Assembly (NCBI GenBank): GCA_023213395.1
Contig: CM041465.1
Location: 224,943,741-225,007,740, forward strand
Reading direction: 5' to 3'
DNA: 64,000 nucleotides
DNA from: Cycas panzhihuaensis
Taxonomy: Eukaryota > Plantae > Cycadophyta
This document shows, piece after piece, positions 1-13,100 of the stretch. Position 1 is the stretch's first letter, and every line of letters begins with the position of its first letter. The notes beneath the pieces are model-generated. The model did no database searches. It was not told where the DNA came from and saw nothing but the letters and a program-made list of their open reading frames with translations. The position numbers and the translations under genes are program-made.

Positions 1-1744
1 AATCCAGAAGCTCCTCTACTTCGACCTCCTCATCTTCTTTTAGGATCTTTTCTTCTTCTTGATCTTCTCCTGGGGTGGTTACTTCGTCATTTTGGATCAT
101 AAAGACTTTCTTTGATGGACATTGATGGTCTTTATTCCATTTCCCTCTACATTTAAAGCACATTCCTTTCTTAAGGTGTTCGTCTCTTGATACTTCACTT
201 ACTTCATTTGGGTTTCTTCCTGTGAGTGGGGGATCTACTTTTGTTCCAGACCTGGTCCAATTAGAGTTCTGGTATACTAGCAGGTTGCTTCTTTGAATGT
301 AGTTTGGCCTACCTTCTCTATATTTTGCTTCAATGTTCCTTGCATGCCAAATGGATTCTCTTGTGTTTGAGGCCCCCATTGTCTTTACGTGGTATTTGAT
401 GGGTCCCTTGAGTCCCCCGATGTAGGTCTTAACGATGAGCTTAACTGGTATTCGATTAGTAACCAAGCACTGGAGGGCTTGGAATTGTTCTGTTTATGCT
501 TGAATGGATCCCATCTATTGCAATCTGGTTAACTGGGGGAAGTAATCTGTGTTCCACGAGTCTTCATATTGATCTATCATTCTTGCTTTTAGGGAATCCC
601 AGGGGTCAATATAAATATTCGTGTGGACCTTCTTCCACCACTGGAACCACTGGAGGGCCTTTTCGTGCAAGTGAAGTGAGGCAATTAAAACTTTTCCCCC
701 ATTTGCTATATCATAGACCTGGAAGTAGGTCTACATCTGTAATATCCAACTTCGGATACCCTTGATCTGTCTGGATTGAACTTCTCTAATGAAAACTTTG
801 TCCCTTTGAGGCCATAATCTGGCTCCCAACTCTTTTGGTTCCTTTGCTAGAAATCCCTTTGTTCTCTGTATTCTTGAAATCTTCTGTTGAATTGTCTTTG
901 AAATGTCTTCTCTCCCTACTTCCTCTTCTTCTTCTATGTTTTTCTATGACTTATGATGGTTGGATGGGCCTATATCCTTTGGTTTCCCCATAACTATAGT
1001 TGTGAGTTGTTGAATATCCCTTCTAATCTTGTTTATAGTGTCGTTGATTTGAGCTATCTCATTGTTGAGTGTATTGACGCGTTGGGATACATCTGCTACT
1101 ATTTCTGATGGTTGGTTTACCATTTTGTTAAGGGTTCTCCCTGATCTTAGTTCCGTTCTAGGGAGAAATCTAGGCTACTTTTCCCTTGTGTGGAAGCCTT
1201 TTCTGACCCAAAATCTACTCTTTTTCCTTTGATTCTCCTTTTTGAATTGGCAAAATTTCTCCTCAGGATGGCTTCCAACAAAGCTCTGATACCACTTGTA
1301 GCGAGCCTGCACAATCCTTTTGAAAAGAGAACAAAATATACAAATATAGTTCTAATACCAGAAATATAGAGACATTTGGAGTATTTACAACAATTATTAA
1401 TGAAATAAATAAGAGTACAGATCAAAATATGAAGTAAAAGTGATAAGGTAACACCTGGTAAAGCTTCCCTCTTCGAGGCGGGGTTCTCTCTAGAGAAATT
1501 GTAGGATTGAGGCCAAGATTATAGCAGCCAACAACTTTGTTCTAATGCCCTAGACTGAACCCAACCTTTCCTTTAAATAGGCAGCGACAAACCTAGGATG
1601 GAAGTCGGTCAGAAAGAAGGATTTAAGTCGGCCAGAACTAAGGCATTTTTGGCTTAATTAAGTTAGCCAAATTCTCCTTGCTAAGTCGACTAGATTCTCC
1701 CTACCAAGATGGCCAGACATAGGAAAGAAGATAGGAACACTTCA
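1..1744 (-). mobile_element. Ty3/Gypsy element 'G0', 5' part (LTR ~1297-1744, PBS, degenerate gag); runs off the left edge
   Basis: Reverse complement of tRNA-iMet PBS (gctctgatacca) at 1283-1294. The LTR starts tgta at 1297. Minus-strand gag with a CFKCRGKWNKDHQC knuckle is homologous to the gag of elements B and C. The right LTR end is inferred by analogy with B and C. Confidence 0.85.
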
Positions 1745-2620
1745 ACTTCTAATAGTGAGAAAGCATAGTAAGTTAGGAGTTACATCATTGATGATGACTG
1801 GTGAGAAGAGATAGAGTAGCTTCTTCGATTTTGTGAAACCATAGTGGATATGATTTAGAGAGTAGATACAAATCATCCTTTCATGGGAGAAGTGTGCAAA
1901 GGCATGGATAGCATGATAGAAAAGATAGAATATATCAATCAAAGATAAGAATGATGAATCTTTCTTTCAAGATATTTGTATGATCATTATAGATAGATGG
2001 GACAAATTTAATATGCATTTGCTATACTTTAGCATATGCTCAATCTCCCAAATTCTATGATGATGCTTTCATTATAGAAAGCAGTGGTAAGAGGAAGGCC
2101 CTTAACAAAGACAAAGAAGTTGCCATGGGATGTACGGTTGAATTCAACAAAATATGCCTAGATGAGGAATAAGCCCTTGCATTATGAAACCAATTTGGAT
2201 AATTTGTTGGTGGGAAGGATTCCTTTGGAAAACCATAGGCATTGCGGGATAGAGGAAAGATGGATCCTATTGAGTAGTGGGGCTATCACAAATCAAAAGC
2301 TAAAGAACTCCAATCCTTTGCCATATGTGTCCTTTCACAAGTGGCAAGCTCTTTAATAGCTAAAAGGAATTGGAGCACCTATGGATTCATTCATTTAGTG
2401 AAAACAAGAAGTTGGGGTAGGAGAAGGATGAAGACTTAGTTTATGTGCATACAAATCTTTGCCTCCTCTCCTGGGCAAAGAAAGAATATTGTGAAGGGCT
2501 TTCTTATTTGTGGGATGTGAATCTTGAAGAGGGACAATTTGATCCACAAGACTCGTCTTTTGTTAATTTGTCCTTAGATCCATAAGTTTTGCCACCAAAA
2601 AATTTCCATGATGATGATGA
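1745..2620 (+). pseudogene. hAT-family transposase C-terminal relic (dimerisation domain)
   Basis: Manual translation across stops and frameshifts gives MGEVCKGMDSMIEKI, IIDRWDKFN, and ELQSFAICVLSQVASSLIAKRNWSTYGFIH...EDLVYVHTNLCLLS, which are typical hAT C-terminal motifs. Confidence 0.85.
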
Positions 2621-2912
2621 TCCTCCTTTTGCTTCTACTTCTTATGATCCACTAATGGATTACAATGATATGTATGGTGTTGGCATTAGTGTAGATTTCA
2701 ATCAATGAATGATGATGTTTTAACTTTTCATTGTGGTGTATGAACATTATGCGATGTATGAATGTTGAGTAATGAATATTGAATTGATGAATCTTTACTT
2801 TAGATTTGTTGTAGTTTGTTTCATATATTTTATGATTCATTTAGATTTTTATAAATTATAATTATAATTGTGTATACAATAATTGATAACCATAAGGAAG
2901 TTAATCTTTTCC

Positions 2913-3064
2913 CTTCACTAAATCTAAAGGTAAGTGGTTAGCTTCAAATTTAGTGAAGTTAGTCACCTTCAATAAATTTGAAGCTAAGTGGTTAACTTAA
3001 AATTTAGTGAAGTTAGTTGCCTTCACTAAATTCAAAGCTAAGTGGTTAACCTTTAGTAACCCTA
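2913..3064. repeat. hAT 3' subterminal array of 54-bp hairpin units, ending in a putative TIR
   Basis: Units start at 2913, 2967 and 3021. Consensus is cttcactaaatttgaagcta-agtggt-tagcttcaaatttagtgaag. The array ends ...agtaacccta at 3064 (reverse complement TAGGGTTACT, a hAT-type TIR start). Confidence 0.75.
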
Positions 3065-3069
3065 ACTAG

Positions 3070-6010
3070 CAATATTCTACAGGGTTTTGGAAATGTCATT
3101 TTTGCTTCTGCTCCCACACCCACATATCTAGCTACACACTATTCTTATAGAACTCCACTAAGGTTAACCTCTCCTCCTAAGCAATTTAATGATCCACAAC
3201 ATATGTCCTTAACATGTCCTCCAATATTTGATTAACTTGTTATATTTGGCAATTACTTTGAGGAGGATCCTCACTGTTGAAACATAGTCAAGTGCCCAAA
3301 TCCTTAAAGAATCTTTTTGAAAACACTATAGTAAACTTGGGACCCTAATCACAAATAATCTCCTTTGGCATATCAAAATAAGAAAAGACTTTAGAGTGAG
3401 CCATTTTACAAGAAATAAGCCTTTTCAAGTTTATTAGTTGGTTTCCCATAACTAGGTTCCAATCATGTTGTTTTTGAATTTTGGGCAAATGGCTTACAAG
3501 TTCCATAGAAATGCTATGCCATTTTCCGTCAGGTATTGGCAATGGTTGTAATAAACCTACTAGCTTTTCATCCTTTGCCTTGTTAACTTGACATTTCAAA
3601 TAAGTGCTAACATAATCCATAATGGGTTTTTTTCCATACCTTTCCAATATATAAACTTCTAAGTCATCTATTACATTTTCACCAACAACATAACTTGCAT
3701 ATGGATTGTCATGTATCTTTTAAAGAGAACGTTGATTCAATTTACAAACATCAAGTATCACAGACTTATCTTTATACCATAGACAATTTCTCTTAAAGAT
3801 ACTATGAATCATTGGTGACTGTTTGAGGGATAATAAAATATCTTTACACCAAGAATCAAAGTGTTATGTTTGCTACATTCATCCTTTAAAAGTGCCATGA
3901 GAAACAAATATGGTACAAGCAAAGCGAGTTGGAGATAAAGCATTAATGACTAAATTATGTTTCCCTGGCTTATACACAATCTTTAGCTAGAATTCTTATA
4001 ATAGTACATGTCAATAGTGTTTCAATTTTCCTTTCAGAGTAAAATAAGCCAATGGTTTGTGATTTGTATATTCCTCAAACTAGTTACCTTTTAGATTGTG
4101 TTTCTAAGTTTTAATGGCATAAATGATTGCCAATAGTTCTTGGTCAAAATTTAAATTCCTATGTTAAGATGGATTCATTTTTCGACCCTCATAGGCCTCC
4201 ACTTATCCTTGTTGCATCTACATAGCTCCAATAGCTTGCCCACTAGCATCATCATGCAATAAATATGGTTTTTATGGATAAAAAATGAATAGAACTAGGG
4301 TAGTGGTTAAATATTCTTTTAACAAATTAAAACTTAGCTAATGAACATCCAACCAAAGATATTTAGAATGTTTTTTCTACAAATCAATTAAAGGAGCTAG
4401 AAGTCAAGAATAATCTTGAACAAATTTCCTATTGAAATTTGCTAAACCAACAAAACTCCACAATTCATACACATCTCTTGGAATTGGCCAATCCATTATT
4501 ACTTTGAGTTTTTTTAAATCTAGTGTCATTTTGTATATTGGGGCAGTGTGTCCCAAGCACTCTACTTCCTTCTTGAGGAAATCACATTTTGATAACTTTA
4601 CATACAATGTATGCTCCTTGCAACACCTTTCTCTGATCAATTTTTTATTTTTAATTTTTTTTTTTTTGAGAAAGATGATTCTATTGATCAAAAGAATTCC
4701 ATGCAAAAGCAACAAAAAAGAGGAGGGTAATACAAGAGGAGATTGCCCCTCCATTCTCAAGTAACAAAGATTCGGAGTCTAGCTACCCTGGATAGTTGAA
4801 CCAACCCACCATGTGGGAGGCCCCAAACAATACAAGATTGCAAGCGTAAGGTCAAACCTTAGAGGCTGCAAGGGCAAAATGTCCTAATACCTTATTCCAA
4901 ATAAAATCTAGCCTTCAAGGTTGAAGATCCCATATAACAATCACAACAAAGTTCATATTACTAAAAACCCTTCTTGCCTCAAAGATTGGAGACCATACAT
5001 AGTAACATCTACACAAAGCATACTTATAATAGTCCTAGGCATGGGAGTAGCTTCTAGAAGCCAATAGGCATCAAATGTCCCTCCCCAAATGGTCACCCAA
5101 TAAACAACACTCCATCCCCAAAGCACTTTGGCTTGGTCTCATATCACCAAGTCCATAGTACCTAAATGACATGACACCTAATCACCAAAAACACCTCTAT
5201 GGTCCCAGTCAGAAATTCCTCTTCCTCTACTGAGATGCCTCATCTACTCAAGCTAGAGAGATTTGGCGGTTGACCTTAAACAAATCTAGAGCAAGACACA
5301 TGAGCTCAAAGCTCCATGGATTCTTGATCTTTAGTAGGCTTGCTCCCTTTGACTGCCACTTGATAGATAGGTTATCTTTTCTAACTGCAATATCATATCC
5401 TCCTACTTCTTTGGTCCACATGCCATTCTAGGTGTAAGTTGTAAGCATATCTTCAAGGGTTATGAATTTCTTGCTTTCCTTGAATTTTGGCTTTCCCTCC
5501 ATTCCTCCTATAACAACACCTACTGTGATAGTTTTGATCTCCCACCCTTGCAACTTTGCCACCTTACACTACTTGCAACTCGACTCTTTGTGAAGGTTTT
5601 GGATGCCCATTGGAATCAAAATTATGGCTCCATCAACTTGTTGCGCCTTTGATTTTGTGTCCATCTTTCTTCTGCTTAATGAGGGCGTGCTTCTCACTTC
5701 CTGTGAGCATAGTTGACAAACCACCAACCAACTCACTTTTTCTAGTATCTCCCACTAGTGAATCTCATTTAAGATAGAGGGTTGCAACCTCCTCATCGCT
5801 TTGTCTCGAGCATAAGCTTGTCCTAGGTTAGGGTTCAAGTGCCACCAACCTCTTTTGTTCTCTCCTACCTTGCATACAAGGACCAAAGGGCCTTTGCCTT
5901 ACACATCTCATCCTCTTCCTTTTTGAGTTGTCATAGTGCTCTTCTTGATTTTCTATTAAAATTAAGTATATCATCAATGAAAACCACAACAAATTTATTA
6001 TGAAGCCCCG
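3070..6010 (-). mobile_element. Degenerate Ty3/Gypsy pol fragment (RT-RNase H-integrase), split by an insert at ~4641-5926
   Basis: ORF 3345-3647 has the integrase GLLQPLPIP motif. ORF 4404-4640 has RT LSKCDF...WPIPRDVYELWSFVGLANF. RT FVVVFIDDIL lies at ~5960-6000. Confidence 0.85.
4641..5926 (-). mobile_element. ~1.3-kb poly(A)-tailed retroposed insert (LINE 3' UTR or retrocopy)
   Basis: T-tract at 4641-4667 on + is an A-tail on -, preceded by aatagaa...tctc. It interrupts the Gypsy RT between the FIDD motif and the LSKC motif. No clean TSD was found. Confidence 0.65.
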
Positions 6011-6019
6011 AATGTGACA

Positions 6020-9000
6020 ATTAAGTGATCTGGGAGCATTTAAAAGGTGATGGGATGCTCTTGATTTTCAAGATCTCCCATCAGGCTCAAGCATGCAAAT
6101 AGTGTGCCAAATTACTGAAGGCATGTGTTGTTAATGTTGAGCCAGACACAGGATCATTGAGTAGCAAGGAAAATCAATGGTGTAGTGATGAATTGATTGT
6201 CAAAAAGCTTGATGGTGAGTGGAAGCATGGGGGTGAAGAAAGCACAAGTTCTTGATAGATATTTTCTTCTCCTTCTAAATCACTCATGGAGAACATTTCA
6301 CACACTTTGAGTTGTAGAGAAGATTTCAAAGGTGATCAGGAAAGAGAACTGAAGAATTTGAGTAGGAGAAATTTGCAGAAGCGTTGATCTTCCAAGAATG
6401 GAATGGAGCATCGAGGAAGAGGAGGATAGAGGACGCTGACTCTATAGGAGAGATTGATAAAATTCTTGGTACAAACCCAAGATTTTGTATAGAACTTGAT
6501 GAATTGGAAGTAGAAAAAGATTACAAAGGAAATTTGTAATATGTGTTTGTGTTGGCCTACTGCCTTCACCTAAAATGGTGTAGGGCTGGGTTCATAATGT
6601 ATGGAAGCCTAGAAAAATTAGATTAGACAAAATTACATATCTTTTGCATGGGGTTTTCTTTTCTTCTTTTGTGTATGAGCATTGAGATGATATTAAGTAA
6701 CCATTTTTGGTATTGTGGCTAGAGTATTTTTATAATGCAGAGATGGTCTTCAGACTTTGATGCTAATGACTTGAATAATATCTATTGTCTTGTGTAGGTG
6801 GGGTTAAAAGGTTTGCATGTATTACTATGGAAATGTTTATCAAAATTAGTTGCTTTCCTTGTTGAATTTATTGTAATGGAACCAAAATCTAAATTTGGCA
6901 CTCGGCCTAATGATAAAGCATGCATAAATATTAAGTTGTCTACAAAACCATAGAAGTTTATAGGGGTCAAATTTAGTGATTGTGTCAAGAAGTTTAAAGT
7001 CTTATAAATTGGCCTTCCTAATATTTGTTTTGGCTACAAGTGGATAAGCCATTTGATTAAGAATTGCTTTATGATTAATAAACTTAAAGCTAATACAAAG
7101 GACAAGAAAGATGACAAGGTTTAGGATCAAGATGGATGGATGAAGGTGATCCAGAAACCAAATAACAAAGGTGTTTTAAACAATAAAGTCAAGGTAAGTA
7201 GCCCCTTTATTAATAAGAAAATTAATACCTATGTGAAACTAGATGCTATGCAAAAGAATTCTTTTCCAATTCAAAAATCACCGTATGGTATCTTAGAAGA
7301 GCTGAATGAAGAATTCTAGTTTGATTATCAGGGAAGAAATTTTCAACAAGGTGAGCCATAGATGGTGTTGCCATGTATTGATAATCTAAACAAAGATGTT
7401 ATGGAAGTTGAATCGTTGCCTAGGATAGAGAGTACTGACAAACATTTCCCTCCCTATAGTAATGAGAATTCCATCACGAGATGTTAGGGGCATAGAGCTC
7501 TGGGAAAGGAGAACTACGATAAAAACTTAAATCTCTTAGAGAAGTATAATGGATTTTGTGTGCCTACAAACAGTTAACATAATTGGTAAGAATTTAGAGA
7601 GAGGGTTGATCTATTTATGGAAGGATGCTTGGATGTTTTATTCTAAGCATTAGTATGGTAAAAGTGGTGTGACACTTGTCACAAATAAGGAATTTACGTA
7701 ACATACTAATTCTATGTGGCCTAGTTCCTGTAATAGGGTGATCTAGGCTATTCTTTAGAGAGGGAATTATACATTTAAGGTTGCATCTTTATATGCCCTA
7801 AATGATTATAATGTGCGGTTGGTATCTTAGAAATGGCTTGCAGATAATATGCAGCCTATTCCATGGTTTGTAATTGGGGATTTTAATATGATTGAAGGCT
7901 CTGGAGATAAAAAAAGGGGACTGCCTTTTGGTTGGAAGGGTAAGAAAAAGGAAAATTGGATATCGCTTAAAGCAAGGTTGGCGATAAGATACTGTACATG
8001 AAGAAGGGAGGTGAACCAAAGAAAGCTTTGGCATACTTGGTGCTTCTAAAAATCTGCCAAGTATAATGTTTTTGTGTGGCTTGATAAGGTTTTAGTTCCT
8101 GTAGGCATGCAATGAAGCATTATTGACAAACATGGAGCCCTTGTTAAAGTTTGGGGAACAACATTGTTGATTAGTTTCTAATTACATTGAATTATGAACA
8201 TCCAAACTTAGAAGAACAATGGAAGTCATCATTGTTTAAATTGAATGTTTCCTTGTGGAGTTAGAGGTTTGTATATCAGGCATAGGTAGAATTCAGAACT
8301 TGGTGCCAAGTCCATAGGAGAAAAAGGGACGAATCTTGTGGTGGGTTGATGCTATAAAGAAAATTATAAATCACTTAAGAATTTTTAGGAGGAAGGTGGC
8401 TAGCTTTTAGAGGAAAAGAACCTCAATTGCAAAAGGTTGCTTTATAGGCTAGTAGAGGATTTGGAAAAGAGATCTTGGGACACCTTTATGTAAGAGCAAT
8501 ATGTGAAGGGTAAGCACATATTGAGACTACGGGAACTAAGAAGGTTAAAGGCACTTAGATAAGTGTAAAGCTTCATTGGATGAAGGTTGATGGAGGGAGT
8601 AAATTTTAGTCAAACTAGAAGAAGGTAGATTTGCAGATAGGGAAAGTACAAAGAGGGAATGTGGAAACTTCAACACCCTATTATTTAAATCAAACCTATA
8701 TGAACATGCTAAAATAAAAGTTGAGAACATTTGTAGGATAGTTGTCCTAAGAAAAGTCTCTTTCTTAGTGATAAGGATATATAGAGAGAGAATTCGCTCT
8801 AAAAGAAATTGAGGAGGCTATTAAGGCAATGAAGAATGATAAGGCTCAAAGTTTGGATGGGCTACTTGTAGAATTCTACAAAGAGAATTGGGGTCTATTG
8901 AAATTGGATTTAAAAAGTATGTTGATGGAGGCAAGAGAAAACTGTGAATAAGTATAGACATTGATATTGGAATGATTAAATTGATGCTTAAAGCTAGTGA

Positions 9001-9984
9001 GAAGGAGTTGGTTAAAAATTGGAGACTTATCACACACTTGAATTTCTCTTAAAAAAATTTAGCCAAATATTGGCTAGGAGGTTAGGCAACTTACTTTTGT
9101 GCATCATCTCTGAAGAATAGATATGGTGTGTTCAAGCATGGTACATATTGTAAATTTTATTATGGCATGGGAAGGATTGGATTGGGCTACCAAGAGTAAA
9201 CAAAGTGTTGCCATGAGACTTTGAGAAAGCTTATGATAGAATTGAATGGTCTCTCATTAGCATGATATTGGACTTAATAGGCTTTGGCAACAAATTTAAG
9301 AATATGGTAAGAACGTTGTTTTGCAATGTCAATGCTTCAATAAGCATCATCGGGGATATTACAAAGAAATTTGCCTTGCAAAGATCAATTAAATATGGTT
9401 ACCCACTAACCTTATCTCTCTTTGTGCTTGTTTTAGTAGTGGTGGACTGTTTGTTCACATCTAATCTTGGAGAAAGAAGAATTATAGGTACATCATTACT
9501 AGATTTAGAGAAGAAGTTAATTAATTTTCATCTTGCAAGAGTCTTTTATGACATGGTGGGGGCCACATACTAGATCTTAGTAAACTGGAAGCAATTTGTG
9601 ATTTGAAAGATTTAGAGCTCAATTAGGTTAAAATATTTGGTTGGAGGTGGGTGTTGCATGGCTAGATTACTAGATTGTCTGAAATACCTTTTGGTTGCAG
9701 TATCTCCATTAATTAGATTTAGAATTGACCCATGGAGAAAATTTCTTCCAAGTTTAGTAAGTGGTCCCAGTGTTTTTTGCCTGTGGTAAGAAGATTAGGT
9801 GCTTGTATGAATTTTTTTGTTTTGACATTTTATATTTATTATTCTTCTTGTTGATTCTCCTCCAACAACTAGAAAAAGTAATTCAAAACTTTTGATGGTT
9901 GAATGGTAGAAAGGGAAAGAAGTTCTACCAGGTTGTGTGGAAATTTTGCTACACAAATAAAGATAACAATGGTTTGGGGCTACA
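6020..9984 (+). mobile_element. L1-type LINE relic, 5' part (ORF1 DUF4283/CCHC, APE endonuclease, RT)
   Basis: Broken translations: VGLLPSPKMV*GWVHNVWKP and LPNICFGYKWISHLIKNC (ORF1), PWFVIGDFNMIE (endonuclease), DGLLVEFYKENW, DFEKAYDRIEW and SIKYGYPLTLSLFVL (RT; ORF 9262-9573). The 5' boundary is approximate. Confidence 0.88.
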
Positions 9985-10149
9985 TGTGTCATAGCCCACT
10001 TTGATAAAGACAGAAATTCAATATCGACTCAGAATTATTAGATGTGCATGTAAAATATAGCTCAGAATGCAAAATAATATCATATTTACAGCAAGAAATG
10101 ATAAACTATCAGATGAAAATTGAGAATAATTGCCCTCTTCGAGGTGAGG

Positions 10150-13100
10150 TGAGGCAAGCCCACGGGGTTTTACATAGAAAGATAGCTAACTAACATAGAA
10201 TATGGCCAAAATATGGAAAGAATGCAACAATTGTCTGAAAGTGGATGCAGTATAATGTACTTCTTGCAATATAAATATATATAATAGACTAAATATCAAA
10301 TAAAAATATAGTAAATATAATGTACAAAACTTACAAGTAAAGCGTTTTTTCCCAAACTTCCTCTTCGAGGCGAGGTGCCCTCTAAAATGCAACCCTCTAG
10401 GCCGAAAATACAACAGTCCAAAAGTCATTTATAATGTCCTAGGAAGGAGTCAAAGATCCATTTATATAGTGGCTCAAAATGTGCTTAAGAAGCTTGACTA
10501 GAAAGGAAGATATAAGTTGGCTAGAACATCCTTTCAAAGTCAGACAGAATGTACTATAAAGTTGGCTAGAAAATACTGTGATTTCTGTTTAGTTGAAGTC
10601 AATCAAATAGATCTTTTAGAAGTCGGCTAGGTAGAAGAAAGGAATGCTACAACTCTCTCCCCCTGAAAACATGCTTTGTCCTCAAAGCATGGGTAAATCT
10701 AGGTGTAGTTGATACCATGCTTTCAACTCCCAAGTCACATCTTCTTAATCCAAGGTCTTCCTTTTTATGAGACATTCTTTGACCTCTCTGGAATGCAGTC
10801 CTTTGGTTTAGATCTGAAGAATTCTCTCTGGTTCAATAATGATCTTGCCTTCTTCATCTAGTTCTGCAATTTTAGTTTGAGTGATATTTTCTCGTCGTTT
10901 CCTTTTGAGACATGAATAACTAGGAGGTAGGGCCAACCTGTATGCTACTTCTCCCATTTTATCAATAACTTGGTATGGTCCGAAGAATCAAGGAGCCAAT
11001 TTCTACTTATTTGTCTGTTTCATAGTTGATTGCTTGTATGGCTATAGTCTTAGAAAAACCCAATCACCTATTGAAAAAGTCCTTTATGATCTATGCAAGT
11101 TTGCTTGTTGCTTCACCTGATTCCTCGTCGTGTTTAGATTGTCTTTCAGTATCTAGATTGTTTGTTCCATTTGTTCTTGTTGTTCCCGAGTTGTTTGTAC
11201 TCAGGATGCCTCAATCCATGTGAGGACTGATAGTGGTTTGAATCCAGAGTGCTTGAAAGGGGGACATCTTGGTTGTTGTATGGTATGTGGTATTATACCA
11301 CCATTCTGCCAAGTGGAGTCATTTACACCATAATTGTCATTTGTCTGAGGTAAAATTCTGTAGGTATCCCTCCAAACACTTGTTTACTACTTTTTTTTCC
11401 TCGCCAGTTTGATGATGATAAGTCGTGCTCATGGATAATTTCATTCCTTCTAATTTAAATAGATCTTGCCAAAAATGACTAGTGAACTTTGGATCACGAT
11501 CGCTGACTATGACTTTAGGAAGACCATGTAGATGGTGTATCTCTTTCATGAAGATCTCTACGACTTGGCTAGCCTTTACAATCGATTGTAATCCCCTAAA
11601 ATGGGCATATTTTGTTAGTTTGTCGACAACCACAAAAATAGCATACTTACCTTCAAACTTTGGTAGTCTCGTAATAAAGTCCATTGAACTTTCTTCCCAT
11701 TTCTATTGTAGGATGTGTAATGGTTGGAGTAGACCTGGCTTTTCATGTTCTCACTTTTATTCCTCTGGCAAGAGTCACACTTTGATACAAACTTGAAAAC
11801 ATCAACTTTCATCCCCTTCCAAAGAAAGGAACTTTGTATTTTGCAATAAGTCTTGTCAATTCCTATGTGACCCACGGTTGGGATGGAATGGGCTTCCTCT
11901 AATATTCCCCCCTTCAATTTTGATGTGTTTGAGACAAATATCTTTCCTTTTCATAAAATTAGATCTCCTTGTAATTCATATTTCATAGATCCCTAGTCTT
12001 GGATCTCTTGTAGCCCCTTCTATGAGAGGGGGACATTCTGGTACTATTGTACTAATTCTTGTGTCCAACTGGGGGTGGTCATTGAGATTGCTTTCAGAAA
12101 GATGCCTTTGCTGTTGTTTTCAAGTAATTGTGATAAAGCATCTACAATAACATATTCTTTCCCCTTTTTGTACAAAATGCTAGAATCAAATGATTGAAGT
12201 TATCTATTTTTGTTCTTCATTAGACAACACCTTCTGATTGAGGAAATGCTTGAGGCTGTCATGGTCTGTTTTGACAACGAATTTATTACCTAGTAAGTAT
12301 TGGTACCATTGGTGTACGTTGTGCATGTTTGCAAGCATATCTTTATCATAAATAGGCTTGAGTTTTTCCCTACAATTTAACTTTCGACTTTCGTATGCTA
12401 GTGATTGATCATTTTGGAGGAGGACTACTCCTACTCTAGTCCCTAATGCGTCACATTCTAAAGTGAAAGGTTGGGAGAAATTTGGTGTTGCAAAAACGAG
12501 CATTGTGATCATGGCCCTTTTTAATTCTTGAAAGGCATTTTCTATAAAGGGACTCCATGCGAATGCATCCTTTTTTGTGAGATTTGTTAGAGGAGATGCT
12601 ATGTGAGTATATCCCTTAATAAACTTTCGAAGGAACCCTGTTGCTCCTAAAAGGCTCCTTACTCTGGTTACATTCTTGAGGGTAGACCAATTGAGGATGG
12701 CTTGAACCTTCTTGGGATCTATTTTAATGCCTTTTGGAGTAACAATAAACCGCGAGTATTCCAACTCATCTTTTTTAATGGTGCATTTGTTCTTGTTAGC
12801 AAAGAATTGGTTGCTTCTTAGAACTTTCAAAACCATTTTAATATACTTCAAATGTTCTTTACGTGTTGAACTATAAATTAGAATATCATATAAAAAACTA
12901 GCACAAACTTCTATAAGAAGGGTTTGAATATGGTATTCATTGTACTTTGAAAAGTTGTCAGTGCATTGGTTAGTCCAAATGGCACAACTCAAAATTCAAT
13001 AATCCTTCATGAATGCAAAAACTTGTTTTGTGTATATCTTCATGTTTGATCTAAATTTGATGGTATCCTGACTGTAGGTCAATTTTTGAAAAATACCTTG

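Noticed and set aside
2913-3050. CRISPR-like palindromic repeats
   Set aside because: Head-to-tail units without unique spacers, no cas genes, eukaryotic context and position next to a hAT terminus.
4404-4760. 118-aa ORF with hydrophobic N-terminus and poly-K
   Set aside because: Chimera of the retroposed insert's A-tail and the Gypsy RT fragment.
10186-10428. Duplicated small ORFs (10186-10428/15297-15536, 16260-16469/23401-23610, 48279-48476/55558-55755, 47883-48158/60144-60344)
   Set aside because: They recur only because they lie in LTR pairs or the X/X' duplication, and they have no protein features.
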